Origin: Thecamonas trahens ATCC 50062
Lineage: Eukaryota > Protista > Apusomonadida
Reading direction: 5' to 3'
Assembly (NCBI RefSeq): GCF_000142905.1
Contig: NW_013657668.1
Location: forward strand, 110,492 to 174,491
Length of the DNA: 64,000 nucleotides
The position numbers and the translations under genes were made by a program. The notes beneath the pieces were generated by a model. The model did no database searches and was not told the origin of the DNA. It saw nothing but the letters and a program-made list of their open reading frames with translations. Position 1 is the stretch's first letter, and the number at the start of each line of letters is the position of its first letter. Of this stretch, positions 46,133-56,580 are shown piece by piece.

Positions 46133-47374
46133 ATGGACACCCCGTCGTACTCGTTCGAATACAAGCTCGGACTCCCGGCAGAGGGCATCGAGCGGTACTC
46201 GCGGCATCTGCTGGTGCCGGAGGTTGGGGTGAATGGGCAGGTGGCGCTGGCTGCGGCAAAGGTGGTGGTGGTGGGTGTGGGTGGCCTCGGCTGTCCGGCG
46301 GCGCTGTATCTGGCAGGTGCAGGGATCGGGACGCTGGGGCTGGTCGACTACGACGTGGTCGAAGTGAGCAACCTTCATCGGCAGGTCTTGCACACCACCT
46401 CGCGCATCGGCATGAACAAGGCCGCATCGGCCAAGGCCTATCTCGACGATTACAACCCGCTGATCGAGGTCGTCGCTCACGAGCTCGCCCTCACCGCCGC
46501 CAACGCCCTCGACGTCCTCGCCGACTACGACATCATCCTCGACGCCTCGGACAACGTCGCCACCCGCTACCTCCTCAACGACGCCGCCATCTTGCTCGGA
46601 AAGGTCCTCGTCTCCGGATCTGCCCTCAAGCTGGAGGGCCAGGCCACTGTCTACGGCTGCGATGGCGGACCGTGCTACCGTTGCCTCTACCCCAAGCCGC
46701 CGCCACCGTCGGCGGTCACCAACTGCTCCGACGGCGGCGTGCTCGGCGTCGTCCCGGGCATCATCGGCTCCATCCAGGCCCTCGAGGCTGTCAAGATCGC
46801 TGCCGGCATCGGCCCGTCACTCTCGCAAAAGCTGCTGTTCTTTGACGCGTCGCGCATGCTGTTCCGCGTTGCCAAGCTCCGTCCCCGCTCGCAAGACTGT
46901 GCCGTGTGCGGCGAAAGTCCATCGGTGACTAGCCTCGTCGACTATGTACAGTTTTGCGGCGCCGCCGCCACCGACAAGGACACGCCGGCCTCGGACGCCG
47001 CTCGTGGCCCGCGCATCGACCAGGCCCGCAACGTCGCCGTCGCCGACTACGCCGCCGTCGTCGCCGCAGGCACCCCGCACGTTTGTCTCGACGTCCGCAT
47101 CGCCCTCCAGCACGACATTTGCGCCCTCGAGCATGCTCTTCACATCCCGCTCCGCGATCTGGCCACATCCGATGGCATGGCAAAGCTCCGCACCGCCGCC
47201 CGCGCCGACTCGCCCTCGCCTCTTCCGGTCTACACTCTCTGCCGTCGCGGCATCGCCTCCCGCCGCGCCCTGGTCCTCCTCGACGACGCAGACTTTGCCG
47301 CTCCAGTCTACAACATCGACGGTGGACTCAAGGCCTGGAAGCGCGATGTCGATCCTACCTTCCCCTTGTACTAA
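46133..47374 (+). CDS. MOCS3: Adenylyltransferase/sulfurtransferase MOCS3/Uba4 (ThiF/MoeB + rhodanese)
   Basis: RYSRHLL, GVGGLGCP, DVVEVSNLHRQ, PCYRCLYP, NCSDGGVLG, CAVC, rhodanese CRRGIAS, and C-terminal DPTFPLY. Confidence 0.95.
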   Translation: MDTPSYSFEYKLGLPAEGIERYSRHLLVPEVGVNGQVALAAAKVVVVGVGGLGCPAALYLAGAGIGTLGLVDYDVVEVSNLHRQVLHTTSRIGMNKAASAKAYLDDYNPLIEVVAHELALTAANALDVLADYDIILDASDNVATRYLLNDAAILLGKVLVSGSALKLEGQATVYGCDGGPCYRCLYPKPPPPSAVTNCSDGGVLGVVPGIIGSIQALEAVKIAAGIGPSLSQKLLFFDASRMLFRVAKLRPRSQDCAVCGESPSVTSLVDYVQFCGAAATDKDTPASDAARGPRIDQARNVAVADYAAVVAAGTPHVCLDVRIALQHDICALEHALHIPLRDLATSDGMAKLRTAARADSPSPLPVYTLCRRGIASRRALVLLDDADFAAPVYNIDGGLKAWKRDVDPTFPLY

Positions 47375-48084
47375 CCCCCCCCCNNNNNNNNNNNNNNNNN
47401 NNNNNNNNNNNNNNNNNNNNNNNNNNNNNNNNNNNNNNNNNNNNNNNNNNNNNNNNNNNNNNNNNNNNNNNNNNNNNNNNNNNNNNNNNNNNNNNNNNNN
47501 NNNNNNNNNNNNNNNNNNNNNNNNNNNNNNNNNNNNNNNNNNNNNNNNNNNNNNNNNNNNNNNNNNNNNNNNNNNNNNNNNNNNNNNNNNNNNNNNNNNN
47601 NNNNNNNNNNNNNNNNNNNNNNNNNNNNNNNNNNNNNNNNNNNNNNNNNNNNNNNNNNNNNNNNNNNNNNNNNNNNNNNNNNNNNNNNNNNNNNNNNNNN
47701 NNNNNNNNNNNNNNNNNNNNNNNNNNNNNNNNNNNNNNNNNNNNNNNNNNNNNNNNNNNNNNNNNNNNNNNNNNNNNNNNNNNNNNNNNNNNNNNNNNNN
47801 NNNNNNNNNNNNNNNNNNNNNNNNNNNNNNNNNNNNNNNNNNNNNNNNNNNNNNNNNNNNNNNNNNNNNNNNNNNNNNNNNNNNNNNNNNNNNNNNNNNN
47901 NNNNNNNNNNNNNNNNNNNNNNNNNNNNNNNNNNNNNNNNNNNNNNNNNNNNNNNNNNNNNNNNNNNNNNNNNNNNNNNNNNNNNNNNNNNNNNNNNNNN
48001 NNNNNNNNNNNNNNNNNNNNNNNNNNCATCTCCAACTACTCACCCTCACCCCCCCCCCCCCCCCCCCACCTCGCTCCTCTGCAG

Positions 48085-48918
48085 GTCGCCACGCAGGGCT
48101 TCACCTCTGCGGCCAAGGCCTTTGCTGGCCCGCCGTTCTCGGAGGCATCGGCAGACAAGGCTGTGGTGCCGGATGGGCCTAAGCTCCGTCAGTTTGATGT
48201 GTATCGGTTCAACCCGGACACCGACGAGGACGGCGCCACCGTCACCTACACCGTCGACCTCAACGACTGCGGACCGATGGTGCTGGACGTAATTCTCAAG
48301 ATCAAGGATACCCAGGACTCGTCGCTGGCCTTCCGTCGCTCCTGCCGTGAGGGCATCTGTGGCTCGTGCGCCATGAACATCGATGGGAAGAACACCCTCG
48401 CCTGCCTCTGCCCCGCCGACAACGGCAAGTCGAAGATGACCATCCTCCCGCTGCCGCACCTGTATGTGGTCAAGGACCTCGTCGGCGACCTCTCAGGCAT
48501 CTACGAGCAGTACGACTCGATCGAGCCGTGGATCCAGGGCGACATCCCGGACTCGGCCTACCACATCGGCCCCAACGGCGAGAAGCGCGAGCTTCTCCAG
48601 TCGCAGGCCGACCGCGCCAAGCTCGACGGCCTCTACGAGTGCATTCTCTGCTTTTGCTGCTCCACTTCGTGCCCCTCGTACTGGTGGAACCCGGACAAGT
48701 ACCTCGGCCCGTCCATCCTTCTCCAGGCCTACCGCTGGATCGCCGACTCGCGCGACCACGCCACCGAGAAGCGTCTCGACTTCCTCAACGACCCGTTCAA
48801 GCTCTACCGCTGCCACCAGATCATGAACTGCGCCGACGCCTGCCCCAAGGGCCTCAACCCGGGCGCCGCCATCGCCAAGGCCAAGCAGCTTGTCGCCCAG
48901 CGCGCCGCCACCGCCTAA
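48085..48918 (+). CDS. SDHB: Succinate dehydrogenase iron-sulfur subunit (last exon; first exon in gap)
   Basis: [53 protein letters not shown]; TGCAG acceptor at 48084. Confidence 0.97.
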   Translation, partial: VATQGFTSAAKAFAGPPFSEASADKAVVPDGPKLRQFDVYRFNPDTDEDGATVTYTVDLNDCGPMVLDVILKIKDTQDSSLAFRRSCREGICGSCAMNIDGKNTLACLCPADNGKSKMTILPLPHLYVVKDLVGDLSGIYEQYDSIEPWIQGDIPDSAYHIGPNGEKRELLQSQADRAKLDGLYECILCFCCSTSCPSYWWNPDKYLGPSILLQAYRWIADSRDHATEKRLDFLNDPFKLYRCHQIMNCADACPKGLNPGAAIAKAKQLVAQRAATA

Positions 48919-49095
48919 TCCCCCCCCCCCCCTACGATCTCGATCTAAAATCCGATGTCCTCCTCCCCCCGGCTCCTCTCCATTCCCCATTCCCGCTCTG
49001 GCCGCCGTCTCCCGTGAGCATCCGTCACGTGCCAGCCGACTCGCTCGCGGCCGCGCACGCTACTCCGGCACCCACGGCTCTCCCACCTTTTATCG

Positions 49096-50355
49096 ATGGC
49101 GAGCGGCCGCCAGAGTCCTCCGTCGGGCTCTCGGCTCGGTGTGGGCTTTGTCACTCTCTGTGGAGTCTTCTTCGCCGCTACAGTGGCGTCGACGGTGTTG
49201 GGCAAGAAGGGCAACGTGGCGGTGCCGGTCTTCCCGCTCGCGCTCTCGGCTCTCACCGCTCTCGCGGGCGTCGCCGTCTATCCGCTCCTCTTTCTGGGAA
49301 TTCTTCTCGCCGATTCGCGCGTTGACCTGCCCGCGCGCTTCCTTCACCGACGCGGCATGCTCTCGCTGCCATCGTATGCGCTGCCGGCGACTGTCGGTGC
49401 GCTCTTTGCCGCACACAACGTTCTTGCCAATCTCGGCGCGCGCGGCAACGTTGTCCCCGGCCCACTCGTTGCCATCCTCTCCAAGCTCGTTGTGCCGTTC
49501 TCGATGAGCATGGAGGCATGCGCAAAGGCGCTCGGCTATCACCATCTCTACTCGCGGATCTCCGTGGCCCGCCTCCTCGCCGTTGTTCTGCTCTTTGCCG
49601 GCGTCGCTCTCTCGGTCTTCGGGCCCGAGGGCAAGTCGTTTGCCGCAGCGTCGGGCGCGTCCACAGCAGCGTACGTGACCCAAGTCGCCTTTCTCGTCAC
49701 CGCAGACATTCCACTCGCTCTTGGCATCCTCGTCGTCCGCCAGTTCTACAAGGCTGCCGCTGATGCCGCGGTCCCGAGCGGGCACGGCGTCACCCACGAG
49801 CTCGTCTTCTGGTGGTGGGTCTCGCTTTTCGAGCTCCCCTGGGTCATCGTCCTCGCTCCGCTCAGCGCTTACCTGCAAGACTTTCCGATGGCCTCGCTTG
49901 GCCGCAACGCTCGCGATGGGCTGGCGTGCTGGGTCGGCGGGGTGGACCCGTCGCTGGCGTCGCTGGATTCCTACGCCAAGTCGACGGCCTCGGTCGACTG
50001 CGGCTACGGCTCCAAGATGTTCTACGCCTCGCTTGTGGCCGGCTTTGCCTTTAACGTCTGCATGCCGCTTCTCGCTGTCCGCGCCTCGACAACCACGCTG
50101 TTGTGGATCCTGCGCGCGGCGGCGCTCCCGTTCGCCGTCCTCGCCTTTTCGCTCCACATTGTCATGGGCACACACGCTACCCCGCTTCATCCATGGGGTC
50201 TTGTTGGCCTCGCCCTCGTCCTCGTTGCACTGCTCGTCTTCACCTATTCGCCGCGACAGCCAGCAGCCAGCGATAGCACCGTCGAGGTCGGAGACGCGGA
50301 GGCGGTCGCCAGCGTCGCGCTCCTCGGTGACCGCTCGGTCCAGCGATTCGAATAA
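49096..50355 (+). CDS. CRT-like (chloroquine resistance transporter-like) DMT-superfamily transporter
   Basis: About 10 TM helices; VPGPLVAILSKLVVPFSM, RDGLACW..G...DC loop cysteines, FNV..LL..RAS pattern. Confidence 0.65.
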   Translation: MASGRQSPPSGSRLGVGFVTLCGVFFAATVASTVLGKKGNVAVPVFPLALSALTALAGVAVYPLLFLGILLADSRVDLPARFLHRRGMLSLPSYALPATVGALFAAHNVLANLGARGNVVPGPLVAILSKLVVPFSMSMEACAKALGYHHLYSRISVARLLAVVLLFAGVALSVFGPEGKSFAAASGASTAAYVTQVAFLVTADIPLALGILVVRQFYKAAADAAVPSGHGVTHELVFWWWVSLFELPWVIVLAPLSAYLQDFPMASLGRNARDGLACWVGGVDPSLASLDSYAKSTASVDCGYGSKMFYASLVAGFAFNVCMPLLAVRASTTTLLWILRAAALPFAVLAFSLHIVMGTHATPLHPWGLVGLALVLVALLVFTYSPRQPAASDSTVEVGDAEAVASVALLGDRSVQRFE

Positions 50356-50393
50356 AGTTCAACATCAAAGGAGTGTGTTACCATGTGTGTATA

Positions 50394-51416
50394 CTATAGC
50401 AGCCCAAACGGGTCCATGACAGACGCCGGCAACGCCGCCGCCGTGGGCAGAGCACGAAGAGGCGCCTTGTGTGCCGGGAGGCTTGCTGCTGCTGCTGCAG
50501 CAGCGGCGGCGGCAGCAGCCGTCTCGCAGGCAGTAGCGCCTGCAACCAGCTCCCACGGCATCTTGCGCGGCATCTTGCGGGTTCGACGGCCTCGTGACGA
50601 GCGATTCAGAACCTCGTCGTCGAGGCGGTCGAGCGCCGAGACCGGGCGCTTGCGAACCGGCTGCGCAGGTTGGACTTCGGCGGCGCGGCGGCGCTTGCGC
50701 GGCGGAAGGAGCGAGGCCAGCGGGAGCTGCGGCCAGTCATCGATGCCAAAGGTTGAGAGCTGCGGCAGGCTGAGCATGTCTGACGACGGGCTCAGCTCTG
50801 CGCTCTGGGTGCCCATCGGCGTGTTGTCGAGCGGCGGCGCAAAGTCCAGCGGCTCGGGCGTGAGCAGACGGATCGGCTCAGTGGCTGGGCCGGCGTCGAC
50901 CAGCTCGCGCCACGGCAGCGGCGACGGCGAGCGGAGTCGTGCCGAGTTGGCACCCAGCTCGAGCTCGAGCCCGAGTCCGGCGCTGGGCCCACCAGTCGCA
51001 ACAGTTCCTGCAGCGTTGGCACAGTGCTCAGGAGTGTGTGACTTGGAGTTGGGTAGCCGCGACGAGGCCGAGACCGGCGGCGGCGACGATGTAAGATGCG
51101 ATGTCGACGCAGGCGTTGACGGGACTGAGGGTGTGGCCACCGAGCTAGTGGTGGGGCTGTTGCTGGTGCGAGACGGACTTCGGGCAAGCGGGAGCGTGTG
51201 AGGGACTTCTGTGGCATCTTCTTGGTCAGCAAGCACCTCGGCCATCCATCGCATGTGCGGAATGGCCTCCAGTGCCACTACATGGCTCGTCGCCCATCCA
51301 GGCGTGGTGAGCGGATAGAGGCAGTCGGGCGAGGGGCAGGCCAAGAGCGCGGTCCGTGAGCCGAGCAAGCTGTACTCTAGGCCACTCCCACACTCGGGAC
51401 ACCCGCCCTCACTCAT
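50394..51416 (-). CDS. Hypothetical protein with N-terminal C4 zinc ribbon and a basic NLS-like motif
   Basis: CPECG...CPSPDCLYP; PPRKRRR; the rest is disordered. Confidence 0.55.
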   Translation of the reverse strand: MSEGGCPECGSGLEYSLLGSRTALLACPSPDCLYPLTTPGWATSHVVALEAIPHMRWMAEVLADQEDATEVPHTLPLARSPSRTSNSPTTSSVATPSVPSTPASTSHLTSSPPPVSASSRLPNSKSHTPEHCANAAGTVATGGPSAGLGLELELGANSARLRSPSPLPWRELVDAGPATEPIRLLTPEPLDFAPPLDNTPMGTQSAELSPSSDMLSLPQLSTFGIDDWPQLPLASLLPPRKRRRAAEVQPAQPVRKRPVSALDRLDDEVLNRSSRGRRTRKMPRKMPWELVAGATACETAAAAAAAAAAAASLPAHKAPLRALPTAAALPASVMDPFGLL

Positions 51417-51860
51417 TGTGACAGACGGGTATAGTGAGAGAGGGGGAATGCTGGTGACTGCTGGCAGAGTTGGGGGGGGGGGGGGGAGGTGGACAGTGTG
51501 AAGTGCTGCCTCTGCGCTTGCCCCCTCCCCGTCCCTTCCTGTCCCCCCTCCACGCTGGATGTGATCAGGATGGGCAGACTCGGGGCGAGTCGCATTGGAA
51601 CAACTCGGTTTTGGGGAGGGAGGGGAGCAGGCGACACCGGCTCAGAGGCGCTGTACAGGGCGATGTGGTCCGCGTAGAGCTAGTTTACAGATAAATGCTA
51701 GTGAGGACAAAGGTAGGCGATGTATGGGATGTGCGATGGGGAGTAAAGGAGGTATGGCTTGAGTGTTGCAGGCAGGACCGAGTGGGAGAGGCCGTGGCGG
51801 GGGAGGCCGCGGCGGAGGAGGCCAGCTCTCTTGCTCTCTTTGCAGTTCGTAGGTGCGAGT

Positions 51861-53147
51861 ATGAGGCGGCATTGGGCGGTGGAGCTGGTAGGAGTGCTCT
51901 TTCTAGCGTTTGTGTGCGAGGTGGGCGTGTATCAGGCTGCAATCTGGCGGTGTGCGCCTCAGGAGGATCCAGAGACGGAGGTCTGTGAGCCATCGCAGAT
52001 TCTGGTGGTGAGTGATACGCAGCTGACCGACGGATACTCGTACGCGATGCGCGCACGGTGGGGATGGATTCCAGGCTATGTGATGGTAGAGCAGATACTA
52101 GAGTGGGCATGTGACATGTACATTCGGTCCGCGCTGACGGCGGTGGCGTCTGTGGGTCCGCGGCTGGCGGCGGCTGTCGACCTTGGTGATGTGCTCGATG
52201 GCGGGCGGTACTACACTGTCGACGAGTGGAAGCGGGGCGTGAGCAGGATCCAAGCTCTGCGGAGCGTTGCTGGCCGCAGCCTGCCGTGGTTCACCGTGCC
52301 TGGCAACCACGACGTCGACATCGACTACCGGATGAAGACACATCGGTTCGAGGCGAGCCTCGGGCTCGGGTCGAGGCTCGTGGTTGCCGGCAACATGTCC
52401 ATCATTCTGCTGAACTCGATGGCGCTGCGGGCGTCGACCCCGAGCGCGCTTCGGATGGCGACCGAGGCGTTTCTGGCATCTGAAGAGCTTGTCCAAGCGC
52501 CGGCACCGCGGCTGCTCATGCTGCATCAGCCGCTGTATCGCCCGCCAACGGCCACATGCGGGCCGCTCCGGAATGCCGGCGGCTCGCAAATCCCGTACGT
52601 TGTCCGCGGCCGCAACTATGCCACCCAGGCACTTCCCGAAGTTACCGAGCGCATTCTGGACAAACTTGCACCACTCGATGCTGTCTTATCTGGCGACGAT
52701 CATGAGCCGTGTGTTTATCAGCATGCGGGAGACAAAGAAGCAGGCCCGGTTGAGTACACCCTGCCGACGCTGTCGTGGCTGCAGGGCTCGTTCTCGCCGG
52801 GTCTTGCTTTTATCGCCCTCGAGCGCGATGCCGGCAATTGCGCACCCAAGGCTGTCACGGTGGCGTACTGCTTCCTGCCGAATCGATACATCACCCTCGG
52901 AGTCTATGTTGCCGCGGCAGCCCTGCTGGCCAAGTTGCGGGTCGACTCTGCCTTCGCCTTTGGGTCACCGAGGGTGAGCAGGCTGAAAAAGACCGACGCC
53001 GAGGCTTCCATCAACGAGCGAGGAGTCTCAATCACACGATCACGATGCCTCTTGCTAGGACAGCAGCTTGCTCGATGGGCGGTGTACATGGCCGGGTATA
53101 CCGGAGCCATGGCGTGCGCCATGGCCGGAGTGGACCGAATGAAGTGA
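51861..53147 (+). CDS. Metallophosphoesterase, MPPE1/Cdc1-like (GPI remodelling)
   Basis: N-terminal TM; SDTQL, LGDVLDGG, PGNHD, LHQPL, SGDDH, TLSWLQG; C-terminal TMs. Confidence 0.85.
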   Translation: MRRHWAVELVGVLFLAFVCEVGVYQAAIWRCAPQEDPETEVCEPSQILVVSDTQLTDGYSYAMRARWGWIPGYVMVEQILEWACDMYIRSALTAVASVGPRLAAAVDLGDVLDGGRYYTVDEWKRGVSRIQALRSVAGRSLPWFTVPGNHDVDIDYRMKTHRFEASLGLGSRLVVAGNMSIILLNSMALRASTPSALRMATEAFLASEELVQAPAPRLLMLHQPLYRPPTATCGPLRNAGGSQIPYVVRGRNYATQALPEVTERILDKLAPLDAVLSGDDHEPCVYQHAGDKEAGPVEYTLPTLSWLQGSFSPGLAFIALERDAGNCAPKAVTVAYCFLPNRYITLGVYVAAAALLAKLRVDSAFAFGSPRVSRLKKTDAEASINERGVSITRSRCLLLGQQLARWAVYMAGYTGAMACAMAGVDRMK

Positions 53148-53264
53148 AGCGGCAAAACCTCGTTTTGACGCCAACGAACGGTCACGGGCGGACCAAGCCC
53201 AGTCGCAGCCAAAGGTTCCCGAGCCAAGGTCTGGCAGGATCACCTCACTCTGGCGACGCCGGCC

Positions 53265-54509
53265 ATGCACAGCATAGAGGCGGCACGTGAGGCATACGGA
53301 CGGCGCGGGGCGCCGGGGTACGGACTGGCCAGGCTCATTGCCCGGCTACGGGGCGAGGTGCCGACGGCGGCTAGGACGGCCAAGTACGCGACGACGGGAA
53401 GCGGACGGCGGGCGGCGCGGGCGCGGGTGAACGCGCTGCATGACCGCATCAAGGTGTTGGAGCAGACGTTTGACACCAATCTGGAGCGATGGTGGACGCA
53501 CTCGATAGAGGATACGGGGAGCAGCGGGGCGACGGCCGAAGGGCAGGACGCCGAGGACGCCGCCATTGCACTAACGCTGGCGACCGAGTCTTCGCCGGCG
53601 GTACTGGCGCTGCGGTCGGCACGGCGGAGCTCGCGACCGATGACGGCACCGGCGCAGTGTGGTGGTGAGAGCGGAGATCGGAAGAACAGCACGCTGGTGC
53701 CACCAACGTCGCCGCTGGCGGCGCGGGCGGTGCATCTGCAGTCGGCGCGGGTGCGGTGGGAGCACGACTTGGCTGATCTGCGGGCGCAGGGGAGCGGCGG
53801 CGGGGCCGAGCCCTTTGTCTACGAGCCGTTTTGCAATGTGGCAAACGAGCTGTTTGCGCTCCCGCGGTCGATGCGCAAGTCGCGGTCCATTGTCTCGGTC
53901 GCGTCGCGGTCGTCGCTGCGGCCGACCACGCCCGGGCCGGGTGGCAACAGCGGCGAGCGGTCGGTCCGGGTGGCCAAGCGGAGCCACCGACTGTCGCTAC
54001 TCTCAGCAGCGCCGACAACCACGTTCTGGTTCGACGCGCTCACACCTTCTGATCTCCATGACGAGCTGGAGCTGCTCATTGCGGCGCTGTTTGACGCGGT
54101 GCCGCTCCGCAAGGCATGTAGCCTGTTCTTCCATGAGGTGCCGCTGGCATGGACCATGATCCGCGACATTTACGAGTGCGAGGACAAGCTGCGTGCACGT
54201 CAGCTCGAGCTCCGCCGCTCGGTCGGCTCTGACACGTACAAGCTGATGACGTCCAAGGCGGCGCGTGCGGCGTGCAGTGATTCGCAAGCGTTGGCTGCAG
54301 CCAAGACACGAGTCCGTCAACATTCAGTCCGGCTCCGCATCCTGGAGCTTGTGCGTCTCGAGCGAACCATCATTGACTCCAAGGCGCTCCTCCTCCGCAA
54401 GTTCCACCAATGGCGGCACAAGTTCCTCGCCCTTCCTGATCATGCCGAGCTTGTCGAACGGCCACCGACGAGCGGCTCGCAGCGATCACGGACGCCGACC
54501 CGTCCGTAG
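53265..54509 (+). CDS. Hypothetical protein with C-terminal helical/coiled-coil region
   Basis: 414-aa ORF with plausible codon usage in a gene-sized slot; no family recognised. Confidence 0.5.
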   Translation: MHSIEAAREAYGRRGAPGYGLARLIARLRGEVPTAARTAKYATTGSGRRAARARVNALHDRIKVLEQTFDTNLERWWTHSIEDTGSSGATAEGQDAEDAAIALTLATESSPAVLALRSARRSSRPMTAPAQCGGESGDRKNSTLVPPTSPLAARAVHLQSARVRWEHDLADLRAQGSGGGAEPFVYEPFCNVANELFALPRSMRKSRSIVSVASRSSLRPTTPGPGGNSGERSVRVAKRSHRLSLLSAAPTTTFWFDALTPSDLHDELELLIAALFDAVPLRKACSLFFHEVPLAWTMIRDIYECEDKLRARQLELRRSVGSDTYKLMTSKAARAACSDSQALAAAKTRVRQHSVRLRILELVRLERTIIDSKALLLRKFHQWRHKFLALPDHAELVERPPTSGSQRSRTPTRP

Positions 54510-54981
54510 ACGTTTGCAGGATCCGGGGATCTGAGCTGCTGCCAGGCTGTATCTGATGTCATGCGGTAGTGGCAATGAAGACAGAGAGTGTTCGTGATGT
54601 GTGTGTGAGAGGATGACGAGGGGGCGTTGAGGGAGAGGGAGCCATAGCTGACTCTTCCATGCACAGCCTTGTCCGCCACATTGCATCCATAGCCGTTGCA
54701 AATGCAAGAGCAACGCCTTGTGTCCTCCGTAGTGGGTATGCGTGGTCGGGTCGGCGCGCCACGCATGCGCTCACTCGAGACCAAGTGCGGCCGAGCGTGC
54801 ACCGGGATGTGGGACTAGTGACCGTCTTGCATGCAGTGCGAGTGCCGATGCGGCAGTGGTCAAGCCGGGCATGGTGGGGACTGGGTGGAGTTGGCGGTGA
54901 TGGCCAGCATGATGCTGATATGGGCGATGATGTACGTGGAGGGAGAGGAGCATGGGTATGCATGCATGCGTTGAGCATGGG

Positions 54982-54985
<4 letters not shown>

Positions 54986-55038
<53 letters not shown>

Positions 55039-55053
55039 GCGTGTGTGTGTGTG
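54986..55053. repeat. (GT)n microsatellite upstream of MsrB
   Basis: Visible GT run. Confidence 0.95.
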
Positions 55054-55072
55054 TTATTAGAGCACTTGTCTC

Positions 55073-56514
55073 ATGGGCAATCAGTCGTCGTCGTCCAAGA
55101 ACACCCACATGTCCGCCGAGCCACCGTCACCTGCCGTGGTCAAGTCCGACGAGGAATGGAGAGCCGAGCTGACTCCGGAGCAGTACCGCGTCCTGCGCAA
55201 GAAGGGTATGGATGTCTATGAGTGTGAAAGGGGGGGTGCAGGTCGTCGGTCGGTCGGTGAGGGAAGGGGACGGCAGGAGGGGGGGTGGGGGGGGGGGGAG
55301 GTGGCGTCAGCGAGTGGCGTCGAGCAGAATCGAGGTCCGGTTATACTTGCCCTTGAGAGCCCGCCATGATTATTCCTGTGCGGTGCTGGACCTGCGGCAA
55401 GGTATGTTGTGTAGGGTATAGGGTGGGATAAGGNNNNNNNNNNNNNNNNNNNNNNNNNNNNNNNNNNNNNNNNNNNNNNNNNNNNNNNNNNNNNNNNNNN
55501 NNNNNNNNNNNNNNNNNNNNNNNNNNNNNNNNNCGAGGAGCTCTCAATCTTCGCCGAACCAGGGGGGGCGTATTTCCCTGGCAGTGGTGGGGCAAACCCT
55601 TGAGTCGGCCGGGCAGCGCGGCGGGGGAAAGGGGTTTTGGACGTGGGGGGGGGGGGCGGTGGCCTCACCAGTGGCGTCAGCAGTGGCGTTGTGCAGGTGC
55701 GATGTAAGGGGAGGGGAGGGGAGGCAGAGGGGGGAGGGGGGAGGGGGGAGGGGGAGAAGGTGGCGTCAGCAGTGGCGTCAGCAGTGGCATTGTGCAGGTG
55801 CGATGTAAGGGGAGGGGAGGGGAGGGGGAGGGGGGAGGGGGGAGGGGGGAGGGGGAGAAGGTGGCGTCAGCAGTGGCGTCAGCAGTGGCATTGTGCAGGT
55901 GCGATGTAAGGGGGTGGATGGTGATGCCGGTGTGACGAGGATGATGGAGGGGGAAGAGTGGGAAGAGGGGGTCATGTGCTCGTTTCGGTCGACAGGAGGC
56001 GGATGATGGAGAAAGGGAGGAGGAGGCCGGGTATTCATCGGGAACGATATGATATGGGGCGGTGGACTGGCATGGGCGGAGGTAGGGACGGAGCGGGCAG
56101 GGACTGGCGAGTACAACAAGCACTTTGAGGAGGGCACGTACCTATGCGCCGGATGCGAGACGCCCTTGTACGAGGCGGAGCACAAGGTATGTTGGCGGCG
56201 ATGGGTGTGATGGCGTTGGTGTTTGGAGTGAAGGGAGGGCATGTAATCTCACGAGAAGGGTGCGGCTCTAGTTTGACTCGGGCTGTGGCTGGCCGGCGTT
56301 CTACGACTCGGTCGAGGGCGCGGTGGCCCGCAAGTCGGAGAGCTTCCCGGACACCCGGACCGAGATCCTGTGCTCAGCATGCGGCGGACACATCGGCCAC
56401 GTCTTTGCCGGCGAGGGCTTTAAGACGCCAACCAACGAGCGGCATTGTGCAAACTCGGTCTCGCTCAAGTTTAAGCCCAAGGCCAAAGGCGAGGGCGAGG
56501 GCGAGGGCGAGTAA
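55073..56514 (+). CDS. MSRB: Peptide methionine-R-sulfoxide reductase MsrB; 3 exons (55073-55205, 56086-56186, 56272-56514)
   Basis: KSDEEWRAELTPEQYRVLRKKG|TERAGTGEY...CAGC...K|FDSGCGWPAF...CSACGGHIGHVF...RHCANS; GTATG donors and TAG acceptors join in phase. Confidence 0.93.
55659..55915 (+). repeat. ~101-bp G-rich tandem repeat (at least 2.5 copies) in MsrB intron 1
   Basis: GTGGCGTCAGCAGTGGCGTCAGCAGTGGCATTGTGCAGGTGCGATGTAAGGGG recurs at ~55659, 55760 and 55861, with a degenerate copy at ~55300. Confidence 0.9.
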
Positions 56515-56580
56515 GCTTTGGAGCAAGTTGTAGCGGGAGATGCGAGCCGGGCGTGTAAAGTCCCTCATCGCGTCGGACAA

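Noticed and set aside
42729-46232. 1167-aa ORF and other ORFs containing long X runs
   Set aside because: They read through N gaps and the antisense strand of RBM34.
54510-54980. Short Cys-containing ORFs between the hypothetical gene and MsrB
   Set aside because: No coherent codon bias or domain.
55659-55915. CRISPR-like regularly spaced repeat
   Set aside because: The spacers are near-identical G-tracts, there are no cas genes, and it lies in a eukaryotic intron.
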